From Rotaria socialis (lineage: Eukaryota), in the NCBI GenBank assembly GCA_905331295.1, contig CAJNYD010000209.1, positions 1-64,000 on the forward strand: a stretch of 64,000 nt of DNA, given 5' to 3'. Shown here in pieces: positions 53,583 through 64,000 of the stretch. The translations under genes and the position numbers were made by a program. Position 1 is the first letter of the stretch. Every line of letters begins with the position of its first letter. Under the pieces are notes generated by a model that was not told where the DNA came from, searched no databases, and saw only the letters and a list, made by a program, of their open reading frames with translations.

Positions 53583-54079
53583 ATGTTTGTTTTCTCTAGT
53601 ATTTACTCAAACAAATTGCTTTGATAACTATTGATTATTTACTATTCACACGCGACCAGAAGGACCTGCCGTGTGTCCAGACACGGATACACAGAGAGCG
53701 GACCACGCCGGACTGGTAGGGCAATGAACGTTGCTATGACGTATGACGTCAGGACCATACGAACATCGGGGGCCTTCCTGAGTACTACACTACTTCGCCG
53801 TAACAGAGTAACACGATGAGTCAATCTGGGTCAGGCAACGAAGCCGCTCTGATAGGATGTCATAGGACAAAGGAATAAGAAACAGTAAAACATGCATACC
53901 TCTGGCCTACATATCATAGAAATGAAAAAGTAAATAATTAAATTAGTATTCTGGAACATTATTTTATATCTAAAATGAAAAAGAAGAAATTTTAATTGAT
54001 TAATATACGAACAACATTATAAACCAGAGAATAAATATGTAGTTTATTTATATATTAGATACAAAAAGGAGAAATAGAA

Positions 54080-55625
54080 AATTGTAAAATTGTAAGTTGC
54101 AAGTCTGAAGCGAAAAAGAAAAAATATTGTTTATTTTAAAAATTACTTATACTTGTACAGTTTAATTCGTAACCATTTGTCAACCCTTCAAAAATAAAAA
54201 AGTAGAAGATCTAGAATGAAAAAAAAAGATAAAGTAAATCAAATGAATAAATGATATATCGGAATATTTTTTCATTCATTAATTCAGGAATCTATTGACT
54301 ATTTCCATATTAATAACATTATTGCTGTTGACCGATGTGAACACATTCTAGACAAGAGACAAAAGATAAAATTTACTATCTCGTTTCTTTATGTTAAATA
54401 AAGAAAACAAAAAGCATTGTCATTTGTACATACAATTTCAAATTGCACCACCGAAATGAAAAAAAGAAGATATTGAATACTTACTTAGTGTTATTTTAGA
54501 TTATGATTGTGTATGATTGATTCGCGAATACAGCTTGAAAAAAAAGAAGAGATTTATGCTAGACACAAAAAAAGAAAATCGCCAATTTGTAATTTGCACC
54601 CCTGAAATGAAAAGAAAAGTATGTTGTTTATTTGAAAAATGACATAAACTTATGTTTGATTGAATCGACGACATTTAATGATTAAGTTGCACAACAAAAC
54701 ATCATATACCCATTTATACAGTTTGATTCTTAGCCGTTTATGAACCGTTAAAAAAAAACTGTTATCGCAATCCCTGTGGGATTAAAAAGTGAAACACGAT
54801 GGAGTTCCTTTCCTGGTACCTTTCTACCACGGTCTGTGAGTCTTTGTGGTTTTTATGCCACTGCCTGTAATCATATATGCAACCTTTCGGTCACGGCCTG
54901 TATTTTGATCTATGGAGTCAGTAGAGTCCATCACAGACCGTGACAGAGAAATTAATTATCCAATTGACTAATTAATTAATTTCTCTGTCCCGATCTGGAG
55001 GGGCGGGGTGGATCTAAATTTTTACCCTATATACTTCAACACTCTTTTCAGGTCGTGTTTCACAAAAGTAAAATAGAAGATCTAGAACCAAACATGAAAG
55101 AAATAAATTTGGAATATATTTACTATTTGCCTATACATTCATAAAAATCGAATAGTTATCTTTCAATTCTCCATTGCACAAGCCAAATAAGAAAAGAATA
55201 ATTGTAATTTGTATAATTGTCACTTGCACCACTGAAATGAAAATAACATATTGAATACTTACTAACAGTTATTTTACTAGATTGATTGTTCATGATCGAT
55301 ACGAACACAGTCTAAAGAAGAAGAAAAAAAAGAATATATAGCTTAGTTATGTTAAATTAGAGAAAAATGAAATAGAATGAATTTAATTTATTTCATTCGA
55401 ATTTGCACCAGCTGAAATGGAAGGAAAATATTGAGTACTTAATTATAGTTATTGTAGATCGATTCTTATTGATCGATACGAGAACACATTCTAAAGAAGA
55501 GAAACGAAAACTAAATGAATAAGAGCATAATTGTAATTTGTATAATTCCAATTTGCACCTCTGAAACGAAACGAAAAGCTGTTAGCGCAATCCCTTTGGG
55601 ATTAAAATGTGAAACACGATGTAAA
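54080..55625. repeat. Degenerate AT-rich local repeats (ATTTGCACC.CTGAAATGAAA...ATATTGAATACTTA units)
   Basis: Motif recurs at ~54441, 54592, 55222, 55401 and 55551. Confidence 0.55.
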
Positions 55626-56404
55626 TGTTAATTCTGACCAGAACAACAAATTATCCTATATATTTCTGAACTTTTTCTTTCATTATACTTTAATACATCA
55701 CCTACAAGTGAAAAATGCAAGTAGGTCATAAATTTGCTGATATTGTAACATCATGTGCACCTTGGTCGTACGACGACGTCCACTACTATTCATCAAAGCA
55801 TATCATAAGTGCTCCTCTCTATCCACCCTGAATTTGCTAACCCATTTGTGATGGTTCCAACGCCTATTTGTTAGGGTCCGTTATCGGTCATTAACTAATT
55901 ATACCGTAATTAGCTAATTCATCAATTAAAATATATGTGGAATTAATTCAACTGTGTACTCTTAACACCTCAATATTGCTTTCCGTTCGACTTCGACAAA
56001 GCACCTCTGTAACCGCCTGTGATGGATAAATCGCCTGTCAGCAACGATCTGCGATGAGTAAATCACCTCACTATAATGATCAGGGAGACAAGAAACAAGG
56101 CACTTTAGTTGTAGGTGGGGATCGTAGAGGAGAAGGAGCAAATCAGTTCAACTTTCCCATTGGTTTGTCGTTTGATCGACATGGTANGGGGGGGGGGGGG
56201 GGGCGGCGCCGGGTTGGGGTACAAAATTTCTACCATAAACACTTCAACACTCCTTTCAGGTCGTGTTTCACGAAATAAATGTTTAGCGAAAATAACAAAT
56301 TATTTTATATAATTCATTTCTTCCTTTCTCATTGTCAAAAAAAATGATAGAGCTAAAACAAAAACCGTGATATCATTTTATATTTAATTTTTTGCTTTTC
56401 TTTT

Positions 56405-56407
<3 letters not shown>

Positions 56408-56443
<36 letters not shown>
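56408..56443. repeat. (GA)n microsatellite
   Basis: About 18 GA dinucleotides. Confidence 0.9.
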
Positions 56444-56451
<8 letters not shown>

Positions 56452-56521
56452 AATTTCTTCTTTCCTTCATTTATTTCAAAGTAGAAAAGGAAACGAACAA
56501 AGAAAAAACAATTCACAAGTC

Positions 56522-57435
56522 TCATTCGATAGAAAATCGTTGAACACGATTATTATCACGATCAGCGACATAGAGATTACCATGTCGATCAAACGACAAA
56601 CCAATGGGAAAGTTGAACTGATTTGCTCCTTCTCCTCTACGATCCCCACCTACAACTAAAGTGCCTTGTTTCTTGTCTCCCTGAGTCCAACGCATTACAC
56701 GATAATTGTAGCAGTCTGCTACATAGAATGTATCCAACGTATCAACGAAGAGCCCATGAGGATGATACAATTGTGTCAGAGCATTCCCTCCACCTTCTCC
56801 TCCAGCAACCACAATACCTTCTGTTGCACGTTTATTCCATTTCATTACACGATCATTTTGTACGTCTGACACGTAGACATTTTGTTGTCGATCGACAAAG
56901 AGATATGTCGGGTAGTTGAGTTGATTGAGTTCATCACCTTTACCATTACCACCAGCTACGAGAGTGCCATTCTTCTCACCCAACTGATATCGTCTTACTT
57001 CATCTTTTCCGTAGTCAGCAACGTAGAGATATCTCTGTTCATCCATTGCTACTCCATAACATTGGATGTTATCGATGAGCACTTCTCCTTGTGTTGTACC
57101 ACTACGACGAGACCATCGTACAACTCGTCGATTCCCACAATCGCAAATAATGAGACTATCCGTCTCTTTGTCAATTAATACATCAGTTGGGCTATTCAAT
57201 TGATGCAATCCCTTTCCTTTGCCTTTGCCACCGGCAGCAACTTGTCCATTCGTTGTGTCACCGTTCTTCCATTGCATGATACGATGATTCGAGTGGTCAG
57301 CAATAAGCACTGTTTGATCATCATCAACAAAGAGACCATGAGGGCGGTTGAGTTGATTAGTGGCATCGCCTTTCCCGTGACCTCCAGCAATAGTCACTCC
57401 GTTGTGTGCCCACTTAGCATTAGCAGGAATATTAA
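56522..57435 (-). CDS. NHL-repeat beta-propeller exon (probable 3' exon of the caspase-like gene at 61184-61949)
   Basis: Six NHL repeats (G.G...NQLN.P.GL.VD...YVAD..N.RV..W). Acceptor TTCTCTTCTAG| at 57436, phase 1. Confidence 0.88.
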
Positions 57436-60400
57436 CTAGAAGAGAAAACATAAGAATAAAAGGAAATCTATCTCTTTCTATCGCTGAAATGATTGTATTA
57501 TTAGAAAAGAGCTACTATTTCTCTCTCTCTCGAGTATAGCTAGTATATAAAATAATTTCGAAAGTTTCGAGCAAAATTCTTTGAATAGATCATTCTTTTT
57601 TAGAAATTCAAGAAAATTCCCCCCGACAAAAAGTTTTTTCTATATTGGAAGATTATTCTATTGAAATGAAATTCTCTCATGACGGTGACAAGTCTCTATA
57701 AGAAGGAAACTCGAGATAAATGAATGAAAAAGCTATATTAAAAGAATTATTCGACAGAATTGCACTATAGTAATTGTGTGATCAATCACACATATAACAT
57801 ATATGGTTCTCTCAAACCTATTTAAATTCTATTTTGTCGAAAATCAAACTTAAATAATTATGTAGGAACATATAATTACATTATTGTCTTGTTAATGCAA
57901 ACTGACATTAAAAAGCGTGCGATTTTTGAAGTCGTCAGTAACGATTGGATATCTATTTTCAACTCCTCAAGAAAATTAGTTTACATCCATCGTCATTCAA
58001 TCGGAGTTTCAAATGATGAACTCTTTTCTTTTGTGAAAACTATTCAGCTAAATTATATAATAGTGATGTTTGTAGAACGTATCTAATATTAAGCGATCAA
58101 AAATGACATGCAAACGGCATATAGTATATGTAAAATATTGTTTAGCAACGACATATTGATTAATATCGATAATAATATTTCGAATGGATAGGGGATGAGT
58201 ATTCAGATATATAGAATTGCGTATATATCGAGATAATTAATCGATGTAAAATTATCGAAGCTTGTAAGTGGTACAAACCAAGAATTTTTGGACAATACCA
58301 ACTTGTAATAATTTATTTAATAATGAGTTTATAATAAACAAGATAGCAATATCGCGCTGATAATAATATGTGTATGCTTCTCAATACAAATCACGTCTAG
58401 CTCTTTTCCAACTACGTTCTAATAACTCTTTCTTCGCACAAATGAAATTTTAACAACTCTGTGACTTATAATACTGCTCTTTTTTCCAATATATCTTGAG
58501 CTTATATACCAGCAATCGAGAAAAGATACATAGAAAGATTACGTACTGTTCAGTACGCGACTAGGCGTTGTCATATGCAAGGATGTATATTAGTAATGTA
58601 AACTTAATTACGTCACGGCGATATGTTCATTAGCTCTATGATTTATAAGTGGAGGTCCGGCGGTTTCTATAACTCCCTATTTAATCTAGTACTTCATGAG
58701 AGACGTACTTCTTGGCACAGATATATTATCGACTATTACGTAGTATTTCTATCTTTAAACTTAAGTATCAGACATTGCGTCTTTTCCGATGAAAAGAATA
58801 TTTTAAAATCTTTAAATTATTTTTTATTACACTTTTTTTGTTCTCTTAATTGAACCATAAAGGGGTATTTTCTATACTGTGTTTTAAATTATATTCCTAT
58901 ATACTTTCATATTTTTCTCATTAATGATGTTCTTCTTTAAAGAACATGTTTTATTTTACTCTATAAATTATTTTCTAGTTTACAGTGTAGAAAAAATATT
59001 CTATGACATTAGCAGAAATATTAACTAGAAGAGAAAACGTAAGAACAACTCATTTCATACAGATCTTAATCGAAATTGAAGTAGATTCTCCAAAAGTTAG
59101 AAAACTCAAAAAAAAAATTCAACGATTTAAAGAGAAAAAAAGATGAAAGGAAAATGTCTTCCTACTAGAATATTCTTTACAAGGATATCTCTCCCAAATC
59201 TCAATAAATCTGATCCAGATTTGTTGCAGGAACACAAAAATATATATCTATATATCTTAAAAACATGTTTATTAATGATGCTTGACACTGAATCAGAATC
59301 GATTAGTTCCAGATGATTTACAAGAAAAGAAGAAAAAACAACAACAACAACAACAACAAAACAAAATTATTGTTCTGTTCAGATATGTATGAAACAGCAA
59401 AATATATCGCTAATTTCATATTTCAACAGAAGTGTTCTATCTAATAGCTAACTATACATGAATACCGAAATATTCTTTTGTTTTGTGTCATCAGTATGAT
59501 AATTCCATTTGTAAATTCAGTCAAATGCTTTATTCATTCTCTTTTTGATGAAAAGATAATTTTAGCTGATTTGATCCAAAAATGATTTGAGACTTGATAA
59601 GAAGAACTGGTGTGTAGCTACATCTAATAAAGTTCATTGATATTTTCGGACGAAATACAATTTTTTTTAAATAAAATATAGTCTGATTATATTTTCTATG
59701 TTAACTTAAAAACAAATAAAAGTATCTATTTGAATTATAAATAGACAGAAAACTAGTGATGTAAAATAGGAAAAAAGCACGCTCGAATAAGCTCAACATT
59801 TGCCATTTGTAAATGTTTATGTGAGTTCTAATTCAACTGCATCAGTTAACATAATGAACGGTTCGTATTCATTAAAAATGCTTAGTTGTCTGATGCTTTT
59901 ACTTGTATGAGTTATACTTACTAAATTTTTCTGTCTATCTATTCAACTTCATATATCTAACTAATATTCATTGTAGTGTTAAGTTGATTTTTACAAATTT
60001 TGTTTTTCGAAATTTCTTTACAAAGTGAAAAAAGAAAAGTTTTATTGTCTTACAACACACCATCTCCCATAGTCTACATAGTTTCGATCTTCTTTTTATT
60101 TACAAATTCAACATATATAATGAGTTTTAAAGTCGGCTTCTATTCATGTGAGACCAAACAAGACAGAACTAAATAATCTAGTAATAGTTATTTTAAAGTA
60201 GTAATAAAGTATATAAAATAGTGAAGTAGATAAAAAAAACATTCTCAATATCGGTTTACTTACAAGATTAAGATACATGTGCGAAATCAATAGGATGTTT
60301 CCATTCATGATCTCGAAATCAATCAAAATCATAAGACTAAACTATATGAACTGCTCTGTCGACATGAGTCATTTTTCAATTTTCTCATTCTATCAGTCTT

Positions 60401-61183
60401 CTTTTGTTTGGTGTTATTCAATGAGCAGCAAATCCCTAGCGGAAGCTAATGATCAAGTGATCATCCTTTTTATATTTTCTAATACTTTCCCGGGCATCTT
60501 TCTGTGTCTCCTTAAATCTTTTATCTACTACCTATGCTCAGCGTGGACATTAAATTGAACATTCAAGTATGGTACTACTAAAACGGTGATGTGTTTTTCT
60601 TTAGAATTTATTGTCAATCATAACAAACCAAAATTCTTTTTATTCGCAACTTTGTCGTCAGGTTTTTTCTGAGAAACAATGAAACTATATACACGATAGA
60701 TATGTATAATTCAGAAATCTGTAACAAATCGAAAATTATGCGGAAAAAATTTCAAAGTCAAGCTTGAGACTTCGACTGGAAATGATAAAAGTCACTAGTA
60801 ATCAACTTGAGAAACATTTTTGTTTCGTTAAAAATTAAATTTATTTTGTGGAATCGAGTCAGCAGTTCTAAAACGTGCTATTTTATATTGCAGAAAAAGA
60901 ACACGAAAAAGATCAAATAGGTCTCTGAAAAGTTCAGAAAATGGTATCAAACAATAATGAGATAATCGTTGATTTTCAAACAGCTAAGATGTTTTTTTCT
61001 AATAGTCTCGGTTTCTTACACTAGCATCAGAAATTCTTCATTTGTATTTCTTCAAGTTGTCTTTCAGTTGAACTCTTTTAATCAATAGAATCAATAGAAA
61101 AGCTGCACGAGAATTACTAGCTATTCACGTATCAATTAATCACTATGACTGCTAGTTGAACAAAAAGCTAATTGTCTTATTAC

Positions 61184-61949
61184 CTGAATATGATGGTTGT
61201 GGATCAGCATCGATAGGATTCAAATAAATATTTTCGCGAATCATAATTGAACTAACGCGTTACGGCATTTGTTTTCCTTTACTTTCTTCATAAACCTCAG
61301 CACCAACAGAGGAAAAGATCAAATCTATATGCTTATTTGGAACGACAATCTGTTTCAATAAATGTTTCGTATACAACCCATTCCTATCTTGACCACCGCC
61401 ATCTGCTGCTAAGCTACCAGGAGCACATGCAAACTGAAGAAGAGTGCCTCCTGGTGCTATCATTGCGTGCAATCCCGAACCACTACTTTTTGCACCTCGA
61501 AATTTACTTGTATCATCAAACAGATATTCACGACAACAGTCCAAAATAAAGATAGTGGCATATGACGTTTGTGACGACAAACTTTCTAAAGTTTCTTGAG
61601 CATTAACTGAATTAAATTTAATGTTTGTTTCTCTCTTTATTTTTTCATCTGCATCAACTGGTAACAAATAATTTTGCTCTTTATATTGAAAACCATGACC
61701 AGCAAAATAAAACATTACTAAATCTTGATCTTGAATTTCATCAGCAAAATTGTCGATCAAATTAGCCATTTTTTGATGTGTACAATCAGTACCCAAAGTG
61801 ACTTCAAAGCCAATTGTGCGTAAGGCATCAGCCAAATCATTGGCATCGTTCACAGAGTTAGCCAACGGCTTCTTGCTATAATTTTGATTGCCTATGACTA
61901 ATGCTACTTTTCTGTGAAGTTTTGACATACTACCACTTAGAGATGCCAT
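61184..61949 (-). pseudogene. Peptidase C14 caspase-like (bacterial metacaspase/paracaspase-type) exon with TAA at 61260-61262
   Basis: KVALVIGNQNY...L.NSVNDA..LA..L..IGFEV, FYFAGHG (His), FILDCCR (Cys), FACAPGSLAADG...RNGLYTKHLL, KQMP*RVSS. The frame continues past the stop to donor G|GTAAT at 61183. Confidence 0.8.
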
Positions 61950-64000
61950 TGTCTAAACGATGAAATACAATATTGATGATTTCTACACTGAAGTATATGT
62001 GTTTTTATTGAAGCTGCGTTTCAGAATAAAAAGAAAGAAACAAAATAAAGATAATATGCAAACATGTTTAGTCTTTCTTCATCTCCTTGATTTTGCGTCG
62101 AATAATTGCTTATCTCTGTGCAACATTATATGCATACGAAATTGTGAAAAATGATAAGATAATAAATAGAAATATGTGTCTTAATGTTTCGGATGAAAAA
62201 AGCAAGATAGAAGTAAAGTTAGAACAATCCCTGTGGGATTAGAATGGGAGACAAGGTGTAGCTGTTTCATTTTATCTATTTTGCGATAAACTATTATCTG
62301 TGCCAGAATTCAGTGTTGATTGACGTAAGACAAATATTTCGAGAATGATAGTAACTGACGAGTTTCGGGTTTCATCAATCCAAAGAGGCTGCACCAGACC
62401 GTGTTGTAATATATTATTATGTAAGATGAAATGATTACCCGAGGAATATTTTCTGCAAATCTTTCCGAGAAATATGCACAATAACACTATGTGACGGCAA
62501 TTAATTTTTGACTTTAACATATACGTTGGAAAGAGAGCCTTCGGATCTATACTGCAAGATCTGTTAGATGAGTGAATCTATAATTATTTTAATTTGAAAC
62601 TAAATTTTTATTGATTACCAGTATAGAGTTTGTTCAAAATTCATGTAATCAGGTACGTATGAAAATAAGTAGATAGGTGAATAATTACTCTGTTTTCGTT
62701 CCCAAGAATGCTTTCGTGAACTGCATTAAAGTTGTATGATCTCTTTCGCCTCAGTGTAATGATTTCAGTGATACATCTTCGTCTCAGGCACTATACATTT
62801 CGTATTTCTGGAATATTTATATATTGTTTATTTAGAGCTGGAAAACATTTTTGTTAATTTTGAATAGCTGTCTTATACCGCGTATCGGTGTTCTTTTTTT
62901 TACCCGAGTATTCCAATAGATGATACAAACAGCATCAAGCGACTAGAATAGGGGCTACGATGTCAAAAATCAATATTATCTTCAGTACTAGATGTGATTT
63001 CTAGTTGCATCGCCATCGTAATCAGCAATACACTATACAATAAAAGCTTGGGCATCAGCAATTCAAAAGTGAATGTTGTTCTTTTGTACGTTTTGTTTTA
63101 AAATTCCCAAATAATAACTCAGTAGGGTCAAACAGCAATGTCTGAAAGATAGCCGAACGATTTCCACAGTTAATTGCGCATAGTTTCAGCAGACGGTTGA
63201 ATGATGCAATTTATAATAGCTCTGCTTTTGGCGATATTTTATTACAAGGAATATCACGACTATTTAAGCACTGTTTTAACTATTCTTTTCGTCAATATAT
63301 TTTTGTTCGTTTGCATGGATCAACCAGTTCGCAATACAAATACGTATTGGTGAACCTATTCGATATTCGATTCAGACATTACGCTAAAAATGTAGGAAAT
63401 AAAGTTTATCATACTATTGTCATTGCAAAGGTCAACTGAATGATCTTTTGAATAAGAAAATATATAAACAGTTGGTAAATCAATCCCATTAGTATTCATA
63501 ATTGCTGATATTGCAATTCTAGTCTAAAATTGCACAATTCCCTATTTATTTCCAATATAAAGCTGAGACAGCTACATTTCTCTTAGCTCTTCTTTGTTCT
63601 TCCCTGTTCGTTACTGACTATCCACATTGAAGTTTTTTCAACATAGGCATTAATTGAGATTTCATTGTGAAAAAAGCAAGTGCACTGGTATTGCATAATC
63701 ATCCATGCTTCGAAAACAAATCGCTCTCTGAGCAATAAAGGCAACCTTATCGAGTGGAAGTTTTATCTTGCCAGTAGATTCATAAGAAAAGCCAAAATGA
63801 TGAAGACGTCAATGAAATGTTGCTTTAGATTCAATTGGAAAATCGTTTTCCACTTGATGAAATCTTTCTAAAAGATTGAAGGTTATTTCTCAACTATCTT
63901 CCTTTGATCTTGGATAATTGTCTCACTTTTCATATTCAACCAAGATGCAATAGTTGATACTCTTCTTGTTCAAAATTTTCTGTTAACAGGAGTTCATTTT

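Noticed and set aside
56080..56203. Exact ~107-bp inverted copy of part of the NHL exon (56579-56685) followed by N and poly-G
   Set aside because: It is identical and abuts an N and a G homopolymer, so it is most likely a scaffolding or assembly artefact, not a real inverted duplication.

Overview
AT-rich eukaryotic genomic DNA with many short (~50-60 bp) introns. The gene content points to a bdelloid rotifer (inference): ART-TPR and NHL-repeat families, intronless bacterial-type enzymes, and TGTGGG telomere-like motifs. Intact-looking genes: a glycine N-acyltransferase-like GNAT, a type-B carboxylesterase, an UNC-93-family MFS transporter head-to-head with a GH20 beta-hexosaminidase, a Ly6/uPAR-like gene whose intron hosts an antisense intronless bacterial-type amidinotransferase, an intronless FAD monooxygenase, and PARP1. 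PARP1 needs a 59-bp AT-AC intron to rebuild its WGR motif. Damaged or partial genes: an MLKL-N-terminal-like exon, a lectin/CUB pseudogene, an ART-TPR gene and a caspase-like-NHL fusion, the last two each with a single in-frame TAA. The 12.7-29.2 kb block is repeat-rich. It holds a DD37D Tc1/mariner element, several MITEs, a hAT MITE with an 8-bp TSD and a ~7.9-kb array of 93-bp monomers. A family of tiny telomere-motif hairpin elements is scattered across the window. Exon boundaries were read by eye and family assignments come from motif recognition, not database searches.
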